DNA of 64,000 nucleotides from Anolis carolinensis (lineage: Eukaryota): assembly GCF_035594765.1 (NCBI RefSeq), contig NC_085845.1, positions 182,606,897 to 182,670,896 on the forward strand, in the 5' to 3' direction. Positions 53,301-63,857 of the stretch are shown here, in pieces. Position 1 is the stretch's first letter; the number at the start of each line of letters is the position of its first letter. The position numbers and the translations under genes were made by a program. The notes under the pieces are model-generated. The model saw only the letters and a program-made list of their open reading frames with translations. It was not told the origin of the DNA and ran no database searches.

Positions 53301-56300
53301 AGAAGAAATTGCTTTAAAATGGTTATTCTTATATCTACCAATCAAATACCTTTTATGTTCTTATTATTCTTTCCCTCCTGCACAAGCATTCACACTTCCA
53401 ATTTTTAAATACATGGATGTCCATCAGCTCAAGTAGGAGAGGATTGCACCCACTGAGATGTTATGAAACAGCATTGAAATTCACATCACAGTCTAGTCTA
53501 GCCAAGATGGATTTCTTACCTTTTAAAGTTTTTTGAGCAAGTAGCTCATCTGAGCAGAATGGCTGCAGAACTTCATATTAATGTAAGCCTGTTGCTACAT
53601 GGAATCTTTATTGTAGCTCTACAATTACACCGATCCTGTCAAATGATTAATATCATCATGATGTGAGTGAAAATATTTGACATTGTATGCTACTGGCTTG
53701 GGTTCTGATATGAATTTATGTCCAGGTAAAGAGGTTTTCTAGATAGCAAGCATGGTGCAGTATTTTGAGCCTTGGGCTATGACTCTGGAGATCACTTAAC
53801 CATGGAAACCCACTGGGTGACTGTGGGCAACTCAAATTCTCTCACTTTCAGTGAAAGGCAAAGACATCCACCTCTGAACAAATGTTGCCAAGGAAACCTT
53901 GTTATATGTTTGCTTTAGGATCACCACAATTTGGAAATGACTTGAAAGGCACACAACAACAACAACAACAGATAGACTTTGCTTTATTGTAATTTTCTGT
54001 GTATGTGTTTCCTTGCTAGGTGGTGGTATTATGCTTTGCCATTACTTTTGGCAGCTTTTCTCAGATTTATGGTCCCAATTCCTCAATCACAAAGGCAGTC
54101 CTGCCAACCCAACATTCCACACCAGAAACATATGCAGCCTCTATAGGTGAGTAAGAAGCCTCCCATCCTTCAGTAATTATTGGTTCTGAATGCTGCCTTT
54201 TCCCAATCTCGGATCTTCTAAAATTGTTGGGCCATAACTTGCACTGCTGCTAACACATGAGGACAGCAGCCAGGGATTATTCTACTCCAACAACATGTGG
54301 GAACCAAAGTCTGGTAATTTGTCATTTCATATGTAGGCAACCCTAAGCCCAAGCAGACTCTTTTCACTCCACTTGAATGAGTCTTGAAAACAACAAACTT
54401 CTCTGAAGTCTCATAATATATGCTTCTGATTTCTTTTCATTCCATCTCCCTCCTTTTTTTGCACAGTGAGGTCAAGAAGCCTACTAATTTATGATGGGGC
54501 TTCCCCACTGGAGGAACAACACTTCTCTGATCGCAGCAGTAACTGGGACAGGCACTTGGAGGCCTCCACACATTCAGCCCTGTCTTTGGAATCTCTGGCC
54601 AGATCACATCATGACCAGGTCATGGAGATCATGATAGCCAATGAGACAAGGCTAGAGAAGTCTGTGTTGGTGGAGCTACAGCAGCACAGGTAAGCAAGAG
54701 AGACGCCTGATGCCATTCTAAATTATATTATGAAACGGTGCCTGTTTGCTCCTCTAGATGTTTTGGACTTCAATTCCCACAGTTCCAAACAGCTGGTAAA
54801 CAGGCTGGGATTTCTGGGAGCTGAAGTCCAAAACACCTGGAGGAGCAGAATTTGAGAAGCACTGCTCTACAGAAAACAGCCACAGCTCTCTTAAATGAGA
54901 AGTAAGGGTGGGTAAATACATCTCTAAATTGTTACTGTAGCTGGAATATAATGATAAACTGACAGGTGACCTACAGCTGACCAATGTAGGTGATGAAGGG
55001 AAAATCCAAGGGGCATTGTTTCTGTCCCCCCCATATATACCCCAAAATGTGCATTGTCAAGTCCTCATAAAAATAGCGTAGGGCAGCAGCACCATTTTTA
55101 AATAAATAGATTTGGAATAGTGATCACATTTCCTCATGAGCGAATGCATTCAATCTTTGGGGCTTGCAGAAAGACTGTGGACACCCTTACTAAAAACTGA
55201 CTTGGCTGCACGTAGCAGGCTCCCAGTTTGGGGAACGGGAATGTCTTTGCCTGGTTAGGCAGCCAGTTCCTAAACAAGGCACACGCAAAAGAGTCTTTGC
55301 AGAGTCAGCAGATGGAGTGGCCGCTTGGAACCTCCATGCCTCTCTATACTCACTGAAGGAAAAATACCGTCTCTGCTGCTGCCTTATGCCAGTTTTAAGT
55401 GAACTTGTGCACTATCTTTCTGCAGGACTCACAAAATTGAATGTGTTTCCTTGTATGGAAAGAAACTAAAACATGTTCATTTTAAAATAGTGTAGGGCAA
55501 CAAAAAAGGTGGCAACAAACCCCTGTGAGTGCCCATTTCTGCTTTGGGTGGGTGGCCTGCTTCTCATTTTAGATTCAATTGCACAATGTTGTGTATGTTT
55601 GAATCTGGAGTGGATTGAATCTAGATTGTGGGCTCTCAGATATATTGAACCCACTGCAGATGGTAAGGCATGGTACATTAGCTTTGGTGTCATAGTGCTC
55701 AGACTGAGTGCTGCCATCTTTTGCAAAACTCCTATTAGCACTATATTGTTAAACAAACTGCTATATTCAGTTCACTATCTCTCAGTTTTTGAACACGAAA
55801 CTATACAAGTTTATTGTGTAATGAATGGAACTAGTTTTCTTTCTCTTTCTTTTAGTCCAGAAAGAATATACTTTATTGGTCAAGCTAGGGCTTTCGTGAT
55901 ATTTGAATTTACTGTATTATAGTTCAATTAATTGTATTCATTTGAGTTGATCAGTCTATTGAATCTGCATCTGTTTACACATGAAGGAAACCTATAGTAC
56001 CAAATAATGAGGAAAGGTATATCTTTTTAAGGTTTACTTTATGTTTTTACAAGATGCATACACAATGTCACAGTAGGCATTTTTCTTTTCTTTCACATAC
56101 TTTCAGGTTGTTAAATCTACCATTTTAAAATGGTAAAAATAATAATAGTAGTAATTAATATAAAATAAAACATCTTTAATTTTTTTAATCAGAATTAAGT
56201 TCCCATTGAGTTCAGTGAAACTTACTTCCATGGATTAGTGGGCATACAATTGCAGCCTAATAATTTTCTAACTGTTGCATCTCCTAGTCTGGTGCATGCT

Positions 56301-56614
56301 TTGCACATTTGGAAGATGCCAAGGTCAGCCCTGGCATCTCTGGTTAGACAGAGGTCTTGGGTGGCAAAGCTTGAAAAGATGCTATCTGAAACTTTTCTAC
56401 TGTGCAATGTCGCTGTGAAAAATAGAATGAATGTTACTAATAACCATAGAAAGTATTTTGTATGGACTTATTTGTTTTTAGGTGCTGCAGTTTGCATTAT
56501 AGTAACCAGACTTCTTTTCCCATTTTTAATTATTGCAGAATCAGCTCAGAGCTAGAAGCAAATGAAACATTAAAGATCATTGAAATTGACAGAAGAGTGA
56601 ATGCTACATCTTAA
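25990..56614 (+). CDS. CREB3L2: CREB3L2/BBF2H7 coding span, exons 2-12 (exon 1 upstream of window)
   Basis: Eleven exons join in one frame: [12 protein letters not shown]...[15 protein letters not shown]...[22 protein letters not shown]...[29 protein letters not shown] (bZIP)...[15 protein letters not shown]...S1P site RSLL...IDRRVNATS*. Exon sizes 217/173/88/182/147/59/69/100/127/223/76 nt fit the CREB3L2 structure as recalled. Confidence 0.97.
27108..27161. repeat. Perfect 23-bp inverted repeat with 8-nt loop
   Basis: ggatttccactgcaaaatgtctt-ataggagg-aagacattttgcagtggaaatcc. Confidence 0.97.
28659..29381. mobile_element. Young non-autonomous hAT element (OC1/OposCharlie-like ends) with internal SINE/LINE tails
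   Basis: TIR caggggtcc(t/c)caaact; perfect 8-bp TSD atgtagac; internal (GTT)n and AT-rich repeats. Confidence 0.92.
30000..30165. repeat. (TA)n/(CA)n microsatellite followed by short L2-type tail with (TAAA)n
   Basis: acacacac run near 30028-30047; ttgagtccccttcggggagataaagtggggtat(aaat)n near 30111-30165. Confidence 0.8.
34950..35195. mobile_element. Old palindromic MITE (probably PIF/Harbinger-derived)
   Basis: gctatacaattacagcactgtgattgcactttaactgtcatgg ... ccatggcaattaaaggtgcatcatagcactgtaattgtgtagc inverted ends; similar remnants near 920-1060, 5900-6050, 30350-30410. Confidence 0.6.
37456..37628 (+). CDS. CREB3L2: CREB3L2 exon 3
   Basis: ctactag|CT GAC...GGC ATG|gtatga; 173 nt, phase 1 to 0; DLDNENWCL...VKTEP...APSISLT. 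Confidence 0.92.
38352..38439 (+). CDS. CREB3L2: CREB3L2 exon 4
   Basis: ccttcag|GCT...GAA G|gtatgt; 88 nt; [29 protein letters not shown]; absent from ORF track. Confidence 0.94.
40693..40874 (+). CDS. CREB3L2: CREB3L2 exon 5 (Pro/Ser-rich, SDSEGS phospho-motif)
   Basis: ttgcag|CA GTG GAC...CCA CAT|gtaata; 182 nt; [24 protein letters not shown]...SPLLTAPH. Confidence 0.95.
40878..40931 (-). mobile_element. Very short 5'-truncated L2-type retroposon tail
   Basis: Reverse complement tcaagccgcagggagaggcaggtaagaaataaaa(tta)n resembles the L2 end at 44680-44760. Confidence 0.7.
41330..41730 (-). mobile_element. Decayed L2 3' fragment with (CTA)n(ATA)n microsatellite tail and 30-bp internal tandem duplication
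   Basis: Reverse translation resembles RAFSATAP.LWNDL and LF.QAY; duplication at 41671-41700/41701-41730. Confidence 0.6.
41900..42285 (+). mobile_element. CR1 LINE ORF2 fragment (end of APE endonuclease and linker)
   Basis: [11 protein letters not shown] and [11 protein letters not shown] motifs with frameshifts. Confidence 0.8.
42576..42866. mobile_element. Young Tc1/mariner MITE
   Basis: Perfect 24-bp TIR cagtagagtctcacttatccaaca; TA on both flanks; ends 121 nt upstream of exon 6. Confidence 0.93.
42988..43134 (+). CDS. CREB3L2: CREB3L2 exon 6 (ATB region and start of basic region)
   Basis: tttttag|AAA CTT CAG...AAC AAG|gtggtg; 147 nt; [49 protein letters not shown]. Confidence 0.97.
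43292..43350 (+). CDS. CREB3L2: CREB3L2 exon 7 (basic region)
   Basis: ttgcag|ATC...AAA AA|gtaagt; 59 nt; [19 protein letters not shown]. Confidence 0.97.
43845..44090 (+). mobile_element. CR1 LINE 3' end
   Basis: [31 protein letters not shown] then ttggactagatggcc...atgtgattatatgg. Confidence 0.85.
44130..44760 (+). mobile_element. L2 LINE 3' fragment (young)
   Basis: QLHWLP...[12 protein letters not shown]...[15 protein letters not shown]...[10 protein letters not shown], 3' UTR, stem-loop and (ATT)n tail. Confidence 0.93.
45041..45109 (+). CDS. CREB3L2: CREB3L2 exon 8 (leucine zipper)
   Basis: ttcctag|G GTT...AAC AG|gtaaga; 69 nt; [22 protein letters not shown]. Confidence 0.97.
48865..48999. 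mobile_element. Palindromic hAT MITE (same family as 7906)
   Basis: TSD ctctaact/ctctagct; TIR c(a/g)gtggttctcaa. Confidence 0.9.
49348..49683. mobile_element. Non-autonomous hAT element
   Basis: TIR cagtggttcctaaac / tttgggaatcactg; TSD cattaaac/cattaaat. Confidence 0.88.
49927..50070. mobile_element. Palindromic MITE with 3-bp TSD (PIF/Harbinger-like)
   Basis: ggccccttctacac...tgtaggtggggcc flanked by aca/aca. Confidence 0.75.
51173..51240. repeat. 34-bp tandem duplication
   Basis: atgagagatcaacg(g/a)tccatagctatagtatcaa x2. Confidence 0.95.
51787..51886 (+). CDS. CREB3L2: CREB3L2 exon 9 (zipper end, juxtamembrane)
   Basis: tttcag|A ACA...ATC ATG|gtaaga; 100 nt; [33 protein letters not shown]. 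Confidence 0.97.
52019..52148. other. Assembly gap (130 N)
   Basis: Run of N. Confidence 1.
52149..52602 (+). mobile_element. R4/Dong-clade non-LTR retrotransposon 3' end (restriction-like endonuclease)
   Basis: Open frame [41 protein letters not shown]...[14 protein letters not shown]...[15 protein letters not shown]; PD...D RLE motif; ends in (TAA)n. Confidence 0.9.
53745..53970 (+). mobile_element. MIR/CORE-like squamate SINE with (AAC)n tail
   Basis: catggtgcagt...cccactgggtgactgtgggcaactca...gacttgaaaggcacacaacaacaac; related remnants near 2140, 5820, 31590, 45270. Confidence 0.6.
54020..54146 (+). CDS. CREB3L2: CREB3L2 exon 10 (transmembrane segment, proximal lumen)
   Basis: ttgctag|GTG...ATA G|gtgagt; 127 nt; [42 protein letters not shown]. 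Confidence 0.96.
54467..54689 (+). CDS. CREB3L2: CREB3L2 exon 11 (S1P site RSLL, luminal domain)
   Basis: gcacag|TG AGG...CAC AG|gtaagc; 223 nt; RSRSLLIY...[18 protein letters not shown]. Confidence 0.95.
54736..54864. mobile_element. Palindromic hAT MITE relative, 46 nt after exon 11 donor
   Basis: gatgttttggacttca...tgaagtccaaaacac...tttgagaagcactg; left TIR partly deleted. Confidence 0.75.
56539..56614 (+). CDS. CREB3L2: CREB3L2 exon 12 coding part with stop codon
   Basis: ttgcag|A ATC AGC...ACA TCT TAA; [24 protein letters not shown]. Confidence 0.94.
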
Positions 56615-57239
56615 AAAGAATTTTAAAATTGGGGAAATTATCTTCTTTCCAACCAAAAGTCTGAGGAACTTTTCACTGTCAGTTGATCCAAAGCACTTGT
56701 CTGAACCCTGCAATAGGTTATAAGGAAATTGACTTTGGCCTGCAGTCCTTGTCCTTTTCTTCCCTGTCTCCAGGTTTTCCAACTTATACTCTTCACTTTG
56801 CCTTTTCACTCCTACCGCCCAAGGGGAATGAATCTAAAGGCAGCAAGTGCCAAAAAGGTGTTTGCTGGTGAAGATAGGATGGGAATTGGTATGTCTTCTA
56901 CATGAAATACAGAATGGATAACCAAGCGGTCTTTGCATCCCTGTAAAAATTGTAGATGTCTTGTCTCTATTTTCTTACAGTGTAATAAAATCTATAAAAT
57001 CTCCTGTTCAGAATGTAACCAGGAGCTGCATCATATGATTGGGCTAAGGGTAACATATATCCAGTACCCTACATAATCAAGGGTTTTTTTAAAAACAGGG
57101 AACTGTAACAATGAGTTGACAAACATCTAAAATGCTTCAAGAGTATTTTTCTTAACTACTTAGGTTCCAATTTGGTGGAGCAAAATCATAACCCCAGGAA
57201 TGGCAGTGAAACCAGATTGTATATTTGTGAAATTTTAGG

Positions 57240-57386
57240 ATGGATATCCACTACCCTGTATCTCAGGATCTGATCCCATATTATCTGCTTTGAACTGGAT
57301 TATATGAGTCTATACTGCCAAATAATCTAGGATAAAGAGAAAATCTGAGATACGATCCTAGGGTATAGGACAGTGTAGATCCAGCT
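57240..57386. mobile_element. Palindromic MITE related to 49927-50070, inside the presumed 3' UTR
   Basis: Shared core ggattatatgagtcta(c/t)actgcca(t/a)ataat; right end cagtgtagatccagc. Confidence 0.65.
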
Positions 57387-60300
57387 TTAGTGGTGAATGG
57401 GGACCCAATAAAGTCCTGAGTGATCAAAATGGCATTTTGGGCTGGGTGGGTTAATTAATTAACTATAAGAATTCAATAGTATGAGAACATCAGGAATCAG
57501 TAGTTTTTTTAATCTCGCTAAAACTAACAATTATTTTCACCTCATGGAGACATCTCCCTGTAAGGACTGGAAAAATTCATATTTGCCTTGTTATTATATT
57601 TTAGTTGTAATAGTGTAGGAGAGGGATATAAGAAACCCAAATGATTTTGCTAAATCTTTGATATGTATGATGGTATAACTTGAGTGTATCCTTCAAACAG
57701 CAGTACATTTTATGAGCTGGACCCAGAACACACTGTTCAAACCTTTCCTCTTGAGTAGGGCAGGACACACATTAATAACTAGGAGTCTGAATTACTGCAG
57801 ATCAGCTTTTTTTAAACCATGAAAGCTATGAATAGACTGAAGGAGGGAAAATTCATGCCTTTCATTTGGTCCTTTGGCTACAGATGGGGACTATGATAAG
57901 ACGAAGTAGTGAAGCATCTACACAGTCAGGCTAGATATGGGGAGACCTAAGATCAGATCTCCATTTGGTCATGAAGCTCATTGCCTTCTGAGAAATCTTG
58001 GACTTGTTACCATCTCCAAGTCTCATCTGCTTCACAGAGCTGTTCTGAAGCTAATATAAATAGAGGAACCACTTTGAACTCCTTGTACAAAATGTGGGAT
58101 GCATATGAGAAAAATGAATACTCTGTTCAGCGTTGGCTAAAGTTGTTCTCTTTGAGACAGGGCTGGATGTGCTAGGCTGAGTTCTCAGACCTAATTTCAG
58201 ATTAGGAAAGTAACACAGGAATATGAAACCAATATTACCGAACATGGTCTCCTGACTCTGCCTTTTCCCCTTCCTTTACATGTTCTCTTCTTTTTTACTA
58301 CTGTAAGACTGACATACTTCCCTGATTTTCCTAAAAGGTGAACAAGCTCAGTTTCTCTCTGACTGTGCTTGGTCCACATAAGAGATGGGGACACTAGAAT
58401 CAAACTGTTTGTAATCCAGAGTTCCATTTTTGCAGGTCTATCATATAGTCAGGATTTCTGGTTGCTCAGATTTCCCCACCCTCCCTGCTCCTTTCTGTTG
58501 TAAATAGTATTTATTCATTCTTATTGTTTTTGTAACTTCAGCTGGCAGCTGGAATGACCAGCCAAAGTGGTAAAATCCTTAATAAATCCTCTTGGTGATC
58601 TTTGAGATACCTTTAGTGTTAGGGTCCTGGTATTCATTTTTATAGTATTCAACATAATCATCCCCCCAAACTTTTTCCAGTCCCGTATTTTCCTCCTTTT
58701 TTGCATTGTACATGCATTTCAAGCAGATATTGCAGTGAAAGCCAGTAAAGGTTTCATCCTCCTATTTTATTTGGCAGTTTCCAATGTAACCTGAAATGAG
58801 CACAGCTTCCACATTGGTTGCCTGAGGCCAATTTTACGATCAGAAAATAAGTAGATGTCTGTTCCAGTTCTCAAATAGGAGGCAGTGGAGATCGTTGCTA
58901 CAGTTTTTTCTAGACCCGTCATCCTAATCTTCACACTCTTCCTAGGGACACTGAAGGAACAAGCTCATCTTTTTTTTAAAAAAAAAGGTAAGAAGACAGA
59001 CCTTTAAATCCTAAGTATAATTCCTGCCAGGGGGCTCTGATAAAGTTTCAGCAGTCTGCTTAGCTGTTTCTAAATTATGCCTTCAGTTGCCTTTTGATGG
59101 GTCATCTAGGGAATGGGCTGTATACATAGATATCATCCTTAGACCAACCATGCTAATTAAATAACACTGTCTGTTATTGATTCTACATGTCTGTAAGAAG
59201 TTGGGAAAGCTGGTGGGTGGGTTATGCAAGGAGAAGGCGTTATTTTTAAACTATTTGTTTATGGAAATCACGCATGAGGTCAGTTATGCTTCTTAATAGT
59301 AATTCTAGGCCACAAATGAGAAACTAAAGTATGTAGATAGCAGATTTCCTTTGCCATGTAAATACTTCAGTTCTATTGCTACCTTTTCCGGGGCGTTTTC
59401 TGTAAAACAATTCAAATGTGTTTTAAGTACCCTGAGCTTCCTAGACAAATTTTAGCTGACATAAAAGGATGACTTCCCCATTTCACATCATGCCGAAGGT
59501 CTGGCTTTTTTCTTTGCCTATATTTAGAATTGTTGTCCATTTTTTGTATTGTAAATTGAGAGCCAATGTCAAATGTTTTAGAAAGCCCAATACACTATTT
59601 TTGGAATAGATCAGTATATAGAGTTTCTTTTGTTTCATTTTGTTTAAACCTTCAATTTTATGAGTCTAGACACAATTTGGATGTCAGTCGAATGAGTAAC
59701 ATTAATGGCTACATAGGACAAGATTTCCACAAAGAACACAAGATCTTTAATGTCAATAGTCCATTGTGTAACTTCCCACACCATCACCACACATAAAGAG
59801 CACAAGGTGTATATTGAGATATTTCCCCCAACTCAGTGATAATTCTCCTGTAATTAATACATCACAATAACTGAAACGGCAAAGCATACCTCTGTATTTT
59901 AGATATTTGCATAAAATATATAATATTTTGGCATATATATATAGTGTAGTATACATTTTAGTTGGCATATTAATATTTTATGCCAGATAAGAAAAATCGG
60001 ATAGATATTTCTAACTTAGAAAGAAGTTGATTGATTTTTCCCCGCCTAAGGAACTCTTACCCTATTTCTTCCACAAAGGGAAAATACATAAATAAAGGGA
60101 AGTTGTGAAAAAACTTTCTGATCCGCTTTATTTTCTTACTTATATAATAAGGAAAGGTAATCTAACCTATTGTTTCTCTCTAATTATTTTGAAAACACAT
60201 TACTTTAAGAGCCCATTTATATAAAAATAATTGTGAAACCCAAAATAATTGGTAGTACGTCAGGAATGAATTTGTTATGTCATGTAGAAGTGGAAGACTG

Positions 60301-62888
60301 ATAAAAAAACTGAGGTCAGATGGAAAATATGCAGTTTTGCTTAATTATTGATTTACTGCTTTTAAATGTTTATAAAATAAGTGCAGTACTATGAGTCACT
60401 GTTATGAGAAACTACTTACAGCCCAATTAAAAACAATTTTTGAGATGTGTAATTTTTCTTTGAAATTTGTCAATTCTTTTTCCACAATTAAATGTACAGA
60501 ATTTTCCAGAAGTATGGGGGGTGCCTGGTGCAGTGTTTTCAGTTAGCTGGCTCAAAATATTCAAATCAACTATTTAAAGCTATTTAGATCGATCTCATCC
60601 CAGTTCTGCTTTGGCTTCTTCTGTCTTTTGAGAATGCAGAGTGAGGGCAGGAATGGATGAGTTGATATCCACACTATACATAAAATGTTCTATACCAGGC
60701 ATTTATCATATGCGGCAGGCAAATTGTGATTACAGCAGTACAATAGCATCATTGACTGGAATACTATTGCAAGGCTTTTTTTTAACAAAAGGAGGTATTT
60801 AACAGACTTGTGTTTGTAACAGAAACACTTTCCAGGCTGTGTCGCACTGGGAGAGCCAGGAAAGGAGCAATGTCATGCGATTAATCCCATTGTTCTGCTG
60901 TAATTGTTATTTGCCTGCTACATGTGATAAACTCCTAAGAATGGGAAGAGCTGTGCCAGGATGTTAGATAATGGCCTCCATTTGACTTGGCAAGTTGTAA
61001 GTTTTCAAAATGTTAGCCATGGAGAACACAGTGTAAAAACCCCTTTGCTAAAGCAGATTAAGTTTTCTTTTATAAAACTAGGTCAAGTAGATCTTTTTCT
61101 TCACACTTCATACATATCTTCTCCACTTCCTCTGCAATTATTACATGCAGGACTATTGATGGCTTTCCCACTTCTCATGGTTCTGTGTATTTTAATAGGA
61201 AGGAATAGGGACAAAACATAGGGATTAGTCATGGTTATCCATGTCTCTCTTTAACAAACATTTTTTTATTCAGAGACATCATCTGTGATGTTGTATTTCC
61301 AGGACTGTCTGATCATAACATGCATTGCAAATCTGAAGTTACAATATTGAAATAATTAACACCTCTAGCTTAATTTAGTTTGGTTCACTTGATGGTATAT
61401 ATTAATTTGTAACAATAGCTGTGATGAAAGTTTTTGTCTCTTTCTATATGTAGATATTTGTGCTACTTACTTGAGTTGAATCCCCATTGATTTTGGTAAC
61501 CTGTTTTCACCAGCTTCTCTGTTAAGTCAGACTTGGGATGTTCTGGGATGATTTGCTAAATCAGCACAAGGAGGAGATGGCAGAAGAGCAACATCTTGCT
61601 GTTCTCAGTAGGCTCAGGCAAAAGCAAACTGCAGCAATTTCCCATGGCTTCACCTAGTTTTTCCTAATTTAGCGCTTGCCATTTTTACTGCCTTCTAAAC
61701 ATCATTTTTATTATGTGCTGAAAATCAAGAGGCCTGATCCCTAGAGGTTGTTCTACTGAATGGAAAACAATGTGCATCATTGTTTTTCATAGACGGCATA
61801 TTTCTATTTTATGTTTGGCTTCCTGATGTTACTAAACCAAGCATTGGGATCTGTAAAAATCATCAAATCATAAGATATTTCTCTGAGACGGAGAGAGCTC
61901 TACAGTATCTAAGTCTCAAACTAAAAAGGTTGAACACAACTTAGCATTGATTCCCATAGGGAGGTAGGATGAAATTTCCCCCTGAATGTAAAGGTGCGGG
62001 CTCTAGACATCTCTAAACTGAAATCCATGGTTCATAAAATGAAGTTTCATTGACCATGGACGATGATCTTGAAGGAGCCACTTCCTCCACCAAAGATAAC
62101 TCCTACCTCACTTTGCACCATAATATGGAGTACATCCATCTTGACTACATGGTAACTGAAACATGAATGCTATAGTACCTTGCTGAATCAAAGAATGATT
62201 GCCTTGACTGTCAGGATCAGTTGCATTCAGTGTACGTAGAGGTAATAGAGCTGTGATGTATTGCATGCCTAAAGGCAGTAGCATCTAAATGAAATGCTTA
62301 AGTCCCCCTAAAATAAAGGTTATAATTTTACATGTCGTCTGCACTTGATCCTATTCATGTTATCAACAATAAGGCAATTGTGAACTGGATGTAGGATTGC
62401 AACAAACCATCAGATGTGTCAAAACTGAGACACCTGGCCATTTAAATTGACATCTATTTACCCAAAGTTTCACGTTATTCTTTCTGTTATACGTATATTG
62501 AAAAGCATTTGAGGTGTTTTGCATTTAAATGAAATTGGCCCTGTAAAACATGGCAAGTGCTTAGCAAAGTTCATGAGAAGAAATCAGAAAAAATGTTAAA
62601 TTATTAGATTGTCCTTTTTGAATTAAATTGTTCAGGTTCTTCACTGCATTCTTTTAACTTTGTACAGCTTTTTTGTATTTGTACTTTTTCTATATATGCA
62701 CTGCTTTTCTAAGAGTGTCCTCATAATGATCACACATATTGCAAACTTAAGGGGTAAGGAAGATTTTTTTAATGTAAGGAACCTTTTATTAAACAGACAT
62801 GTCTAAAACCAAATAGCAAACTCTAAGTGCTTTTTTGTATGTAGCTGAGTAAAGTGAGTGTATGTAATGCTTTATCTGTTTCTTTGCA

Positions 62889-62916
62889 AATAAATATTTT
62901 CCTAAAGAAAAATAAA
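62889..62916 (+). terminator. Tandem polyadenylation signals (AATAAA at 62889 and 62911)
   Basis: Several upstream TGTA motifs (62660-62870) and downstream GT-rich ctgttttgtc. Confidence 0.6.
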
Positions 62917-63575
62917 GAGACTGTTTTGTCATTCTGTACGGGGCTCATCTTTTCTTGACATTTATTTTAGCCAAATAGTGGTCTGCCTTTTTAATTCTAA
63001 AAAATATCACCATTACACTTCAAAGCTTAGAATATTCTAACCTTTTAAAAACATTCTGACAGCTAATTACCTAGTATGTCTTTAAACTGGAAGAGAGATC
63101 AAAAGCAGTGATATGTCTCATGGCAGCAGACTTCCCTTATGCCTTATAGAAAATACTGGACTGAAATGACTGAGTTTCATTGAAAATTGCTTAGGGTGGG
63201 TTGGAATGTCTGTAATCTAGATAACTGCTTGCAATTGAACTGATGCATTAATCTCAGTGAAGTCTATTAGAAGCACCTTTTTCTTTTTAATGAGACTAGG
63301 CATCTGTAAAACTCTTGCCACTTCAAGTTTTCCCAAAGCCAGTGGTATGGAATGAATGGAAGAGCCACATTCTTAAGGACCATATTCCCCAATAGGAGAC
63401 ATCCCAGGTTTTGAGATCTTTGGGCCCAGCCGTTCTTAGGAGAAATATGGTGGGCATGCAAGCCAAGCCAGGGTCCTCTTTGTGATTGCTCCCAGCTTTA
63501 TTTTGTCCATTGAAGTGTATGTAGTCTTTTCTGTTTATATGCTCTTTTGGCAACTGCTTCACTGCTGAGAAAGCT

Positions 63576-63857
63576 TTTTTGTGTGTCAGGAGCGACTTGA
63601 GAAACTGCAAGTTGCTTCTGTTGTGAGAGAATTGCCCGTCTGCAAGGATGTTGTCCAGGGGATGCCGGGATGTTTAATGTTTTTACCATCCTTCTGGGAG
63701 GCTTCTCTCATGTGTCTGCACGGGGAGCTGGAGCTGACAGAGGGAGCTCATCCATGCTGTCCCCAGATTCGAACTGGCAATCTTCAGATCAGCAACCCAA
63801 CCTTTAAGTCAGTCCTGCCAGCACAAGGGTTTCACTCATTGCATCATTGGGGGCTCC
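63576..63857 (-). mobile_element. tRNA-derived SINE with Sauria-like head and a different tail
   Basis: Perfect 13-bp TSD tgctgagaaagct; head ggagcccc...gttcgaatc; tail ctcaagtcgctcctgacacacaaaaa. Confidence 0.88.

Larger units (their letters stand above)
56615..62935 (+). other. CREB3L2: Probable long 3' UTR of CREB3L2
   Basis: AT-rich stretch with few young TEs after the stop codon, ending in a TGTA-rich block and tandem AATAAA; the mammalian gene is known to have a multi-kb UTR. Confidence 0.6.

Noticed and set aside
3567-60398. Scattered AP-1 (TGASTCA), E-box and CRE/UPRE-like half sites such as CACGTCA near 20649
   Set aside because: Counts are about chance level for 64 kb; no full ERSE or UPRE consensus noticed.
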